A stretch of 55,312 nucleotides of DNA, taken from positions 1 through 55,312 of the forward strand of contig JAQBVF010000023.1 in the NCBI GenBank assembly GCA_027623675.1. Reading direction: 5' to 3'. The notes beneath the pieces were generated by a model. It saw nothing but the letters and a program-made list of their open reading frames with translations, ran no database searches and was not told where the DNA came from. Each line of letters opens with the position of its first letter. The first letter of the stretch is position 1. Source of the DNA: Chloroflexota bacterium. GTDB taxonomy: Bacteria > Chloroflexota > Dehalococcoidia > Lucifugimonadales > UBA3495. The position numbers were made by a program, and so were the translations under genes. Positions 1 through 9,885 of this stretch are shown here, piece after piece.

Positions 1-147
1 GCTCAACTCGCCACCCAAACAGTTGATGCCTGGATGAATAGCCCAGGACATCGCCAAAACATCGTGAACGAGGAATTTGACCGCCAAGGAATCGGGACAG
101 CGGTTGGGGAGGACGAGTCGGTTTACATCACGCAGAATTTTTGCTAA
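1..147 (+). CDS. CAP/SCP-domain protein, C-terminal fragment (5' end outside the window)
   Basis: Frame 1 translates as AQLATQTVDAWMNSPGHRQNIVNEEFDRQGIGTAVGEDESVYITQNFC*. WMNSPGHRxNI and Y-x-TQ-x-F are CAP-domain signatures. Not in the ORF track. Confidence 0.85.
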   Translation, partial: AQLATQTVDAWMNSPGHRQNIVNEEFDRQGIGTAVGEDESVYITQNFC

Positions 148-308
148 CAATCAATTTCTCGGGGTTCTAAAATCCCGATTCCCGTAATCGTGCGAGCTAT
201 GGCGGATCATGCCTGGCTGTATCCAATCCGCTACAATTCTTGTATTGTCCTAACTCGACAACTCCACTCAGTAAACAAGTTTCGAAAATTGACACGGAGA
301 CCGAACCA

Positions 309-1409
309 ATGTCCGACGCTGACCTGGCGGCCGAAGTCCATCATTCCGGCGGTTCCTATCCGGTGGTCGCCGGTTGGGGGACCATCGACACACTGGGTGA
401 CCGGTTCACCGACCTGGGGCTGACGAACACGGCCTACATCATCACCGACTCCAATGTGATGAACCTTTATGGCCGCAACGTCCAGCGGGCGCTACAGAAG
501 CGGGGCATCCCCGCCCACTGCTTCATCTTCCCCGCCGGCGAGACCAGCAAGAGTTTCGAGCTGGCCCAGGGCCTCTACAACTGGCTGGCCGAACTGAAGG
601 CCGAGCGGGGGCACACCATAGTCAGCGTGGGCGGCGGTGTCGCCGGCGACCTGGGCGGGTTCGTCGCCGCGACCTACCTAAGGGGCATGCCGTTCGTGCA
701 AGTGCCCACCAGCATGGCCGCCATGGTGGACGCGTCCATCGGCGGCAAGGTCGCCGTCAACCTGCCTCAGGCCAAGAACCTGGTCGGGGCCTTCTACCAG
801 CCCAAGGGCGTGTTCGCCGACGTGCAGGCCCTTTCGACCCTGGGCAAGAGGGAACTTTCGGAGGGATGGGCCGAGGCCATCAAGCACGGCTTCATCCTGG
901 ACGCCAGCCTGGTGGACGTGTTTGAAGAACACGCCGAGGCCCTGATGGATGTACAGCCGGAGATATCGACCGAAGTCATCCGCCGCAGCATGGCCATCAA
1001 GGCCAACGTGGTGAGCCAGGACGAGCGCGAGACCCTGGGCATCCGCATCATGCTGAACTACGGCCACACCATCGGCCACGCGCTGGAGTCGTCCACCGAG
1101 TACGGCCGGTTCTTCCACGGCGAGGGCGTGTCCGTGGGCATGATGGGCGCGGCTGCCATGGCCCACGAGATGGGTTTGCACTCGCAAGACATAATCGACC
1201 GCCAACGCCACATCTTGGAACGGTTCAACCTGCCAACCTCGGCCAAGGGCTTGAACGTGGCCGATATACTGGAGGGCATGTCGCTGGACAAGAAGAGCCA
1301 GGGCGGCTCCAACCGCTGGGTTATGCTAGAAGAAGTTGGCCGGTCCGTGGTGCGCAACGACGTGCCCAAAGAGCTGGTCGAGAAGACGGTCCGGGAGTTG
1401 GTCAGCTAG
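309..1409 (+). CDS. aroB: 3-dehydroquinate synthase
   Basis: Motifs GGGVAGDLGGFVAATYLRG, VDASIGGKVAVN, KNLVGAFYQP and LNYGHTIGHALE. ATG at 309 follows GGAG. Confidence 0.96.
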   Translation: MSDADLAAEVHHSGGSYPVVAGWGTIDTLGDRFTDLGLTNTAYIITDSNVMNLYGRNVQRALQKRGIPAHCFIFPAGETSKSFELAQGLYNWLAELKAERGHTIVSVGGGVAGDLGGFVAATYLRGMPFVQVPTSMAAMVDASIGGKVAVNLPQAKNLVGAFYQPKGVFADVQALSTLGKRELSEGWAEAIKHGFILDASLVDVFEEHAEALMDVQPEISTEVIRRSMAIKANVVSQDERETLGIRIMLNYGHTIGHALESSTEYGRFFHGEGVSVGMMGAAAMAHEMGLHSQDIIDRQRHILERFNLPTSAKGLNVADILEGMSLDKKSQGGSNRWVMLEEVGRSVVRNDVPKELVEKTVRELVS

Positions 1410-1457
1410 CTTCTGATAAAACTGGCCGAGAAGACAGTCCGGGAACCGGCCGCCTAG
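1374..1457 (+). repeat. Imperfect 36-bp direct duplication of the aroB 3' end (period 48)
   Basis: CTGGTCGAGAAGACGGTCCGGGAGTTGGTCAGCTAG (1374-1409) vs CTGGCCGAGAAGACAGTCCGGGAACCGGCCGCCTAG (1422-1457). Confidence 0.85.
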
Positions 1458-1466
1458 CCGCTAGGA

Positions 1467-2558
1467 TCAGTTGTCGGACCCGGTGGGAGCCCCTGACCCG
1501 GCGGAAGCGGTTGAACGGCTCCCACGCTTGGCTCTCAGCATCAAGACGCCGATCCCAAGGCACATCATGCCGCCCGCTCCCAGCAGAACCACCGATGCAA
1601 AGGTGGAGATAATATCCACCTCGAGCGCCTGAGATATCTCCTCCATTCCCACCGACAGGCCGCCCACCAGAACGATTACCCCGTACAGGAACCGTATTCG
1701 GGCCGCCTGGACCACTCCGGTGGCGCTGGTTCCCAGTTGCGCGCCGATGGCCGCCGCCGCCAGCATCAAGACCGCCATCGTCGGGTCGACCCGGCCGGAG
1801 AAGGCGTACAGGAAGGTGCCCACCGAGCCGGTGATTATCACCTGGAACAACCCCGTCCCAATGGCCACAACCGTGGGTATGCCCACCAGATAGATCAGCA
1901 TCGGCGTCAGGATGAACGCTCCTCCCGCGCCCAGGATGCCGGCGAAGAAACCCACCGCCGCCCCCATGATCACCGGCACGAAGATCGAGATACGTTCCAC
2001 GCCGGACACCGGCAGCGCCACCACCGTTGGCACCTTGCCGAACCCGGGCAGCCAGATGTGGCGCGGCCCGATATTGATGCGTTGCATCCATCCGGCCAGC
2101 CCAGCCGTGGACACCTGGTCCGACGGGCTGGAAGACCTGGATTCACGGCGATGCACGCGCCAGTGGTCGTAGAGGATGAACGAGCCCAGCGCCACCAAGA
2201 AACCGACATAGAGCAAACGGATCACCGGCCCGGCCACGCCCGCTTCTTCCAATTGCCGGTTTACCTGCTGGGCGCCGTACATGGCCGGGACCGACCCCAC
2301 GGCCATCATCAAGCCCAATTTGAAATCCACGTTGCCCAGGCTGCGATGCTTCAGGGTGTTGATCAGCGACGTACCCATCACCAGGGTGAGGCCGGTGCCG
2401 ACGGCAAAGAGCGGAGGCACTCCGAACACCAGCAGTCCGCCCGTGATCAGGAACCCGCCCCCCACGCCGAAGAAACCGCCCAGCGTGCCCACGATGATTC
2501 CCAAAAGCACCAACAGCGCCGGATTAACGGCTACTTCGGCGTTAGGAAACCACATCAT
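1467..2558 (-). CDS. TSUP family (TauE/SafE) sulfur-compound transporter
   Basis: Two repeats of the motif GFFGVGGGFL / GILGAGGAFILTP, also AVGTGL and HRSLGNVDFKLG, with many TM helices. Confidence 0.9.
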   Translation of the reverse strand: MMWFPNAEVAVNPALLVLLGIIVGTLGGFFGVGGGFLITGGLLVFGVPPLFAVGTGLTLVMGTSLINTLKHRSLGNVDFKLGLMMAVGSVPAMYGAQQVNRQLEEAGVAGPVIRLLYVGFLVALGSFILYDHWRVHRRESRSSSPSDQVSTAGLAGWMQRINIGPRHIWLPGFGKVPTVVALPVSGVERISIFVPVIMGAAVGFFAGILGAGGAFILTPMLIYLVGIPTVVAIGTGLFQVIITGSVGTFLYAFSGRVDPTMAVLMLAAAAIGAQLGTSATGVVQAARIRFLYGVIVLVGGLSVGMEEISQALEVDIISTFASVVLLGAGGMMCLGIGVLMLRAKRGSRSTASAGSGAPTGSDN

Positions 2559-2733
2559 CGTTCACCGCGCGCGTTTTCCCGCCGCCAAATCTGGCCGCGA
2601 TCCCGGAACCCAACTTCAACATCAGACTCGATAGCACGCTCAGGAATATCGCGGAGACGGCGGTCACGCCCAACACGAAGAATGCCCACAGCCATGGGTT
2701 ATTCGCGCTGAGGCTGGTCAAAAAATTGTTCAT
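2542..2733 (-). CDS. Small single-TM membrane protein overlapping the TSUP gene start
   Basis: MNNFLTSLSANNPWLWAFFVLGVTAVSAIFLSVLSSLMLKLG has one hydrophobic helix. Its stop overlaps the TSUP start by 17 nt. Confidence 0.6.
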   Translation of the reverse strand: MNNFLTSLSANNPWLWAFFVLGVTAVSAIFLSVLSSLMLKLGSGIAARFGGGKTRAVNDDVVS

Positions 2734-2818
2734 CGGGTTTTGCTCATCGAGTTGCCGGCTGCTCCGGTGTTGCGCCGTTCCACGCCCAGGCGATACGATA
2801 GGCCCGCCCACACCCTAG

Positions 2819-4075
<1,257 letters not shown>

Positions 4076-4156
4076 GCCAAACGACCCGGTGGCAGAAGAT
4101 GTCAGGGATAGATCCGGGTGAGGTCTTGGAAGGTTTTCGGGCGGGTTAAGTGAGCG

Positions 4157-4435
4157 TTAGATGCCGCCGGCGACCGCCGGGACTATGCTGATCTCGTCGC
4201 CGGAATTGATGGCGGTGCCCAGTCCGTCCATGAACCGGACGTCTTCGCCGTTCAGGTAAATGTTCACGAAGTAGCGCAGTTCGCCATCTTCGTCAACCAA
4301 GCGGTCCTTGAATCCGGGGAATTCCCCGTTCAGCTTCTCCACCATCTCCCCGAGATTGGCGGAATCAACTTCCACTTTGTCCTTGCCGTTGGTCATACGC
4401 CGCAGCGGCGTCGGGATCCGGACCATAACGCTCAT
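4157..4435 (-). CDS. MoaD/ThiS/CysO-type ubiquitin-like sulfur carrier
   Basis: VRIPTPLR, FVNIYLNGEDVR, DEISIVPAVAGG, plus one extra Ile before TAA. Confidence 0.92.
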   Translation of the reverse strand: MSVMVRIPTPLRRMTNGKDKVEVDSANLGEMVEKLNGEFPGFKDRLVDEDGELRYFVNIYLNGEDVRFMDGLGTAINSGDEISIVPAVAGGI

Positions 4436-4509
4436 CTGGAAAAACCCTCCTAAAACCTTTCGACTGATCTGGGGCCGCCTGTTTAAGGGCGGCCGGGGCA
4501 GGACAAGTC

Positions 4510-4752
4510 CTACCCGTCAATGACATCCCCGCCCAGCGGGTCAACCCTCACTCCCGTGGAACTGACCCATTCCAGCCCACGCTCAATCTCTTGGTCCTCT
4601 CCGACCAGTTCAAGTAGTACCCAGCCAAATTCTTCGCGAATGTCGGCGCGGCGGATGTTGGTCACGATCTCAAACTTGCGGCCCAAGTCGTAAATCACCG
4701 GTTGCTTCACCAAGTCGTCCACGAACGTGAACCTGACTCTCTGCTTGCCCAT
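4510..4752 (-). CDS. NIL-domain (ACT-like) protein
   Basis: PVIYDLGRKFEIVTNIRRADI...GWVLLEL.G...IE.GL.W matches a stand-alone NIL domain. GGAGG RBS upstream. Confidence 0.85.
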   Translation of the reverse strand: MGKQRVRFTFVDDLVKQPVIYDLGRKFEIVTNIRRADIREEFGWVLLELVGEDQEIERGLEWVSSTGVRVDPLGGDVIDG

Positions 4753-4841
4753 TCCCGAACACCTCCCGGCTTTCTACCCCAATTCTATACCCCGGCTGGT
4801 CCGCGCCTTTGAACACCTCTCCAAACGCCGGGGGTAACCAG

Positions 4842-6119
4842 CTATTTCGCGCCTTCGAATACCTCTTCAAAGGAGCGAATGCTGGGCTTGATGGAAAGTG
4901 GGTTCACCACTTCCTCCACCGCTTCTTGGGTCTTGAGTCCATTGCCAGTGATGTAAACAACGGTCAGTTCATCGGGCTTGATTGCCCCCGACCTGGCCAG
5001 GTTCTTCAGCCCCGAAACCGTGACCCCCCCGGCAGTCTCGGTGAAGATGCCCTCGGTCTCGGCCAGCAGTTTTATGCCTGAAACTATCTCCGATTCCGGG
5101 ACCGCATAGGCGGAACCGCCGGAATTCTCGATCACCCTTATGGCATAGATCCCGTCCGCCGGATTGCCGATGGCCAGCGACTTGGCCAAGCTGTTGGGCC
5201 GCACCGCAACAACATGGGGCTGGTGATTGGCCCAGGCCGTGACGATGGGCGAGCAACCTTCCGCCTGCTGCATGTGCATCTTGGTGGTGACCGCCGGGTG
5301 GTGGACCGTGTTTTGGTCCACTCCGAAAGAGCCGGACTTCACTCCATCGAGCAGTCCCAAACAGGCCAGTTCGTTGAAGCCCTTCCAGATCTTGGTGAAC
5401 ATGGCTCCTGAGGCCGAGGGCACCACAACATGGTCGGGCAAACGCCAGCCCAGTTGCTCGGCAACCTCGTAGCCCAGGGTCTTGCTGCCCTCCGCGTAGT
5501 AGGGGCGCATGTTGATGTTCACGAATGCCCAGGGATAGTCGTCGGCCAGCTCGCTGCAGAGCCGGTTAACCTCGTCGTAGGTGCCGTCCACCGCCACCAG
5601 GACCGGATTGTAGACCGCGGCGCCGATGATCTTGCCGCGTTCCAGGTTGGCGGGGATGAACACCACAGCCCGAACGCCGGCCCGGGCGGCGTGGGCCGCC
5701 ACGCTGCAGGCCAGGTTGCCCGTGGATGCGCAAGCGATGGTATCGTACCCGAATTCGATGGCCTTGGTCGCCGCCACGGAGACCACGCGGTCTTTGAAGG
5801 AGAACGACGGGTTGACGCTATCGTTCTTGATGTACAGGTTGTTGAGACCCAGATGTTTGCCCAGCCCCTTGGCCTTGATCAACGGAGTGTACCCCGCCAT
5901 GATGTCGACCGGGTCGTCGGCTTCCGCGGGCAAAAGGTCCTTGTAGCGCCAGATACTGAGGGGACCCTTGGCGATGCTGTCCTGGCTGACAACTTCGGAA
6001 ATCGTGGCGTAGTCGTACACCACTTCCAGCGGTCCAAAGCAGAAATCGCACACGTTCAGCGGTTCTGCCGCATATTCCCTGCCGCACTCACGGCATTTGA
6101 GTCCGTTTACAAAAGCCAA
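4842..6119 (-). CDS. thrC: Threonine synthase family PLP enzyme (fold type II)
   Basis: N-terminal CRECG..CDFCFGPL zinc ribbon, NPSFSFKDR (PLP lysine), ASTGN, EGSKT, ITGNGLK. Confidence 0.85.
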   Translation of the reverse strand: MAFVNGLKCRECGREYAAEPLNVCDFCFGPLEVVYDYATISEVVSQDSIAKGPLSIWRYKDLLPAEADDPVDIMAGYTPLIKAKGLGKHLGLNNLYIKNDSVNPSFSFKDRVVSVAATKAIEFGYDTIACASTGNLACSVAAHAARAGVRAVVFIPANLERGKIIGAAVYNPVLVAVDGTYDEVNRLCSELADDYPWAFVNINMRPYYAEGSKTLGYEVAEQLGWRLPDHVVVPSASGAMFTKIWKGFNELACLGLLDGVKSGSFGVDQNTVHHPAVTTKMHMQQAEGCSPIVTAWANHQPHVVAVRPNSLAKSLAIGNPADGIYAIRVIENSGGSAYAVPESEIVSGIKLLAETEGIFTETAGGVTVSGLKNLARSGAIKPDELTVVYITGNGLKTQEAVEEVVNPLSIKPSIRSFEEVFEGAK

Positions 6120-6217
6120 CGCGGTAGGTCCCTCCTGTCAGATCAAAAGACGGCCATGAAAGGCCTTGGGCCGCAAGCCCAGATAGGCCTGGTACATATG
6201 TCTCCAGGCTGCTCGTG

Positions 6218-6246
6218 ATGGTAGCAAAGGCCCTATGGGTTGTCAA
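6218..6246 (-). promoter_or_regulatory. Sigma70-type promoter for thrC-NIL-moaD
   Basis: Minus strand TTGACA-17 nt-TACCAT, about 100 nt upstream of the thrC start. Confidence 0.7.
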
Positions 6247-6325
6247 CTTGAGCCACGCCTGGCAGACGCCTGACACCAGGCCGTGATCCGACTTGTTTTC
6301 CCTTGATTACGCGCCGGGTTTCCGG

Positions 6326-6334
6326 TGCTATAAT
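6326..6334 (+). promoter_or_regulatory. Extended -10 promoter for nhaA
   Basis: TGCTATAAT. Confidence 0.55.
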
Positions 6335-6416
6335 CCCAGAGTGCTTCCGCGGCAGCACGCCGACCGGTCCGGCGGCAAGCCGCAGCCATCACATATCGCA
6401 CCCATGGAGTAGCACT

Positions 6417-7703
6417 CTGATTAGGGCCCGCCACATAAGCATCCTCCAGCAGTTCTCCATACCGCTGATTATCGGCGTCATCGCCGGCCTGATCTTCGCC
6501 AACATCGACCTCCACGCCTACGAGACCATGGTCGATCACCGTATCTTCGGCGAAAACACCAATATCTTTGGCAACCCGGTCACCGTCCACTTCCTGGTCA
6601 ACGAGATATTCATGGTGTTCTTCTTTGGCATCGCCACCAAGGAGATCACCGAGTCGGTCCTGCCCGGCGGGGCGCTGAACCCCATTCCCAAGGCCATCAA
6701 CCCGCTGATGGGCACCCTTGGCGGAATCTTCGGTCCGGCAGGCCTGTTCTTTCTGCTGACATGGGTCTTCTACGGCGGCACTGGCGACCAGAGCATCGTG
6801 GCCAACGGCTGGGGCATACCCACCGCAACCGACATCGCCCTTGCCTGGCTGGTGGCCCGCATCGTGTTTGGGGCTGGGCATCCCGCCGTCAACTTCCTGC
6901 TGCTCCTGGCAGTGGCCGACGACGCCATCGGCCTGGGCATCATAGCCGTGTTCTATCCCGACCCGGCCCACCCCGTGGTCGCGTCGTGGCTGCTGCTGGT
7001 GGCCGCGGGCATGGCCACGGCCTACATCATGCGCCGCTTCGGAGTGCGTCACTGGCCTATCTATGTCCTCATTGCCGGAGGGCTCAGCTGGGTCGGACTG
7101 GTCAAGTCATCCATCGAACCGGCGCTGGCGCTGGTGGTCATAGTGCCCTTCCTGCCCGGACCTTCAACCGCCCACGGCCTGTTTGAAGATGAAGAGTTAG
7201 ACTCCAACCTCCCCCACCCGGAGGCGGCGCCGGCGGGATCAACACCATCACAGGCCGCCGATAACGTTGACGTGGCCAAATCAAAGAAAGTCGACGCCCC
7301 TCTTGACGCCTTCGAGCACCACCTGAAACTGCCGGTGGATTTTGGCCTGTTCTTCTTCGCCTTCATGAACGCGGGAGTCGCCTTCGGCAGCATCACGCAG
7401 GTCACCTTTATCGTCTTGATATCCCTGATAGTTGGGAAGACGGTGGGCATCACTGCCTTTTCTTGGGTGGCCGACAAACTGGGCTTCCCCCTGCCGGAGG
7501 GAATGGGCACCAAACACCTGTTGGTCGCCGCCATGGTCGCGGGCCTCGGACTCACAGTAGCCCTGTTCGTGGCCGGCAAAGCCTACGACGACCCCACTTT
7601 CCAAGACCCAGCCAAGATGGGCGCGGTGCTTAGCGCCGGGGCGGCCATCGTCGCCTTTGTGTTCGGCCGCCTGCTCCGGGTCAAAGACCGGCCGGACGAA
7701 TGA
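6417..7703 (+). CDS. nhaA: Na+/H+ antiporter NhaA (start uncertain)
   Basis: Motifs GWGIPTATDIA, LAVADD, IVGKTVGI, GLGLTVALF, AKMG. Start placed at CTG after GGAG; the track start at 6303 lies upstream of the -10 box. Confidence 0.9.
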   Translation: MIRARHISILQQFSIPLIIGVIAGLIFANIDLHAYETMVDHRIFGENTNIFGNPVTVHFLVNEIFMVFFFGIATKEITESVLPGGALNPIPKAINPLMGTLGGIFGPAGLFFLLTWVFYGGTGDQSIVANGWGIPTATDIALAWLVARIVFGAGHPAVNFLLLLAVADDAIGLGIIAVFYPDPAHPVVASWLLLVAAGMATAYIMRRFGVRHWPIYVLIAGGLSWVGLVKSSIEPALALVVIVPFLPGPSTAHGLFEDEELDSNLPHPEAAPAGSTPSQAADNVDVAKSKKVDAPLDAFEHHLKLPVDFGLFFFAFMNAGVAFGSITQVTFIVLISLIVGKTVGITAFSWVADKLGFPLPEGMGTKHLLVAAMVAGLGLTVALFVAGKAYDDPTFQDPAKMGAVLSAGAAIVAFVFGRLLRVKDRPDE

Positions 7704-7754
7704 TATACTCGCGCTTCCAAACTCGACTCTAGCGATATTTAGGAGCCCCAAGCA

Positions 7755-8042
7755 ATGATTGGCGTACTCACTCACCACTGGGCTAAACCCGACAAGGTCG
7801 AAGAGGCTAAGAAACTGCTGGATGGCAACGGCCTGGCCCAGAGCAAAGCCCCCGGCTACGGCGCCCGCCTGACCTTTATCTCCCAGGAAGACGAGACCAA
7901 GATCTCCACCCTGGTCACCTGGGATTCCAACGAGATCTACGACGCCTGGCGGGCCAGCCCGGAGCGGGCCGCCGCGATGCACGGCGCAGCCGAACTGTGG
8001 TCCAAGCCCGCCGAGTCCGAACGCTTCCAGATGGCCGACTAG
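7755..8042 (+). CDS. Antibiotic biosynthesis monooxygenase (ABM) family protein
   Basis: 95 aa with APGY, VTWDS and AWRASPE. AGGAG RBS. Confidence 0.75.
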   Translation: MIGVLTHHWAKPDKVEEAKKLLDGNGLAQSKAPGYGARLTFISQEDETKISTLVTWDSNEIYDAWRASPERAAAMHGAAELWSKPAESERFQMAD

Positions 8043-8076
8043 CCCTGGGTGGACACCCGGGTAGATAGGAGACTCA

Positions 8077-9687
8077 ATGGCCAAGCGAAGTTTCTGGGCC
8101 TGGGGCCACGAGGCCGACGAACCCACCGCCGAGCAGATGAAGGCCACTGCGGAAGCGCTGGCCAAACAGTACAACGTTGACCTGAAACCCGTTGCTCCGC
8201 CCAGGTCGGCCGACCTCTCCCTGCGCAAGCCCCGCATCACGCCGCCACCGGCCATGGCCGATATCTGCGCCAGCGACGACCATGACCGGGCGGTCCACAC
8301 CTACGGGCGCAGCTTCCGGGACCGCATCCGCGCCTTTAACCTGGACTTTCCCAACCCGCCCGACGTCGTCGCCCGTCCCCGCAACGAGCAGGAAGTGGCA
8401 GCGGTCCTCGATTGGTGCTCCTCTGCGGGACACGCTGCCATCCCCTTCGGCGGTGGCAGCTCCACCGTGGCCGGGTTTGAACCGCCCGAGGGCTACGACG
8501 GCATAGTGACGATCGACCTGGAGAACCTGAACCAAGTGCTGGAGATCGACGACATCTCCCGCGCGGCCCGCATCCAGGGCGGCACCTATGGCCCGGCGTT
8601 GGAAGACCAATTGCGCCCCCACGGCTTCACCCTGCGCCACTATCCCCAGAGCTTCGAACTTTCAACACTGGGAGGCTGGATCGCCACCCGCTCCGGAGGC
8701 CACTATGCCACCAACCAGACCCACATCGACGACATGGTTGAGTCGGTCCGCATGGTCACGCCGTCGGGACTGTGGGAGTCGCGGCGGTTGCCCGGCAGCG
8801 GCGCCGGCCCCAGCCCCGACCGGATGGCCATCGGCAGCGAGGGCATCTTGGGCATCATCACGGAAGCCTGGATGCGCATCCAGGCCAGGCCCGTGTTCCG
8901 GGCGTCGGCCGGGGTAACCTTCCCGACGTTTGCCGCCGGGGCCGAAGCCGCGCGCCGGGTGGTGCAGACCAAGCTCTGGCCGGCCAACTGCCGACTGCTC
9001 GACCCGGTTGAAGCCGCGGCGGCCGCCGGCTTGGACGGCGCCAAAGCCTTGCTGCTGCTGGGGTTCGAGTCATCAGACATCCCCCAGGGCGAGTCCATCC
9101 AGCACGCCGTCAAGATTGCCCGCGACGCCGGCGGGACCATCGCCGACTCGGCCATCAGGGTGTCGGACGGCACGGGCGGCCGCACGCAGTCAGATACCGG
9201 ACGTCAGGGCGCGGTCGGCGCGTGGCGGGACTCATTCCTGGGCGCGCCCTACATGAAGAACCACCACGCCGGCCTGGGCCTGGTGACCGAGACCATGGAG
9301 ACCTCCATCACCTGGGAGCGCTGGCCCGCGATGGACAGATCGGTCCGGGCCGCCCTGCATGACGCCCTCAACCGGACCTGCGGCGGCGGCAGCGTCTCTT
9401 GCCGGTTCACCCACGTGTATACCGATGGCCCGGCACCTTATTTCACCTTCGAGGGCATGGGACGGCTCGGCGCAGAGCTGGAGATGTACGCCGAGATCAA
9501 GCAGGCCGCCTCCGACGCCATCATGGCCGCCGGGGGCACCATTACCCACCACCACGCCGTGGGGCGGCTGCACCGGCCCTGGTACGACCAACAGCGCCCA
9601 GACCTGTTCGCCCGATCACTCAGGGCCGTGAAGAAGACCCTGGACCCCAACGGCGTTCTGAATCCAGGACTGCTCATCAACGTCTAA
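8077..9687 (+). CDS. FAD-binding oxidoreductase, alkyl-DHAP synthase-like (VAO/PCMH family)
   Basis: PFGGGSS, HYPQSFELSTLGGWIATRSGG, GSEGILGIIT, THHHAVG, DPNGVLNPG. Confidence 0.9.
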   Translation: MAKRSFWAWGHEADEPTAEQMKATAEALAKQYNVDLKPVAPPRSADLSLRKPRITPPPAMADICASDDHDRAVHTYGRSFRDRIRAFNLDFPNPPDVVARPRNEQEVAAVLDWCSSAGHAAIPFGGGSSTVAGFEPPEGYDGIVTIDLENLNQVLEIDDISRAARIQGGTYGPALEDQLRPHGFTLRHYPQSFELSTLGGWIATRSGGHYATNQTHIDDMVESVRMVTPSGLWESRRLPGSGAGPSPDRMAIGSEGILGIITEAWMRIQARPVFRASAGVTFPTFAAGAEAARRVVQTKLWPANCRLLDPVEAAAAAGLDGAKALLLLGFESSDIPQGESIQHAVKIARDAGGTIADSAIRVSDGTGGRTQSDTGRQGAVGAWRDSFLGAPYMKNHHAGLGLVTETMETSITWERWPAMDRSVRAALHDALNRTCGGGSVSCRFTHVYTDGPAPYFTFEGMGRLGAELEMYAEIKQAASDAIMAAGGTITHHHAVGRLHRPWYDQQRPDLFARSLRAVKKTLDPNGVLNPGLLINV

Positions 9688-9885
9688 CGGAGTCCCAGAC
9701 ATACTGGATGCCCGCTACGGTTTTCACCTAACTTGGATCGATCTTGAAGAAAACCGTCGCCGTGTCGGGCTCCGGCGCCATGGCATTCATCATTTGGCGG
9801 CGGCGGCGCGCACATCACCGCGCACATCACATTGATTGGCCCTCGGCGGGCATGTACAATGGGGCACCTGATTGGGAGGGCGGCC

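Noticed and set aside
6140..6220. SAM-I riboswitch upstream of thrC
   Set aside because: Only a weak ATCACGAG resemblance, which overlaps the -10 box. The GAGGGA/GCAAC core and closing GAU were not found.
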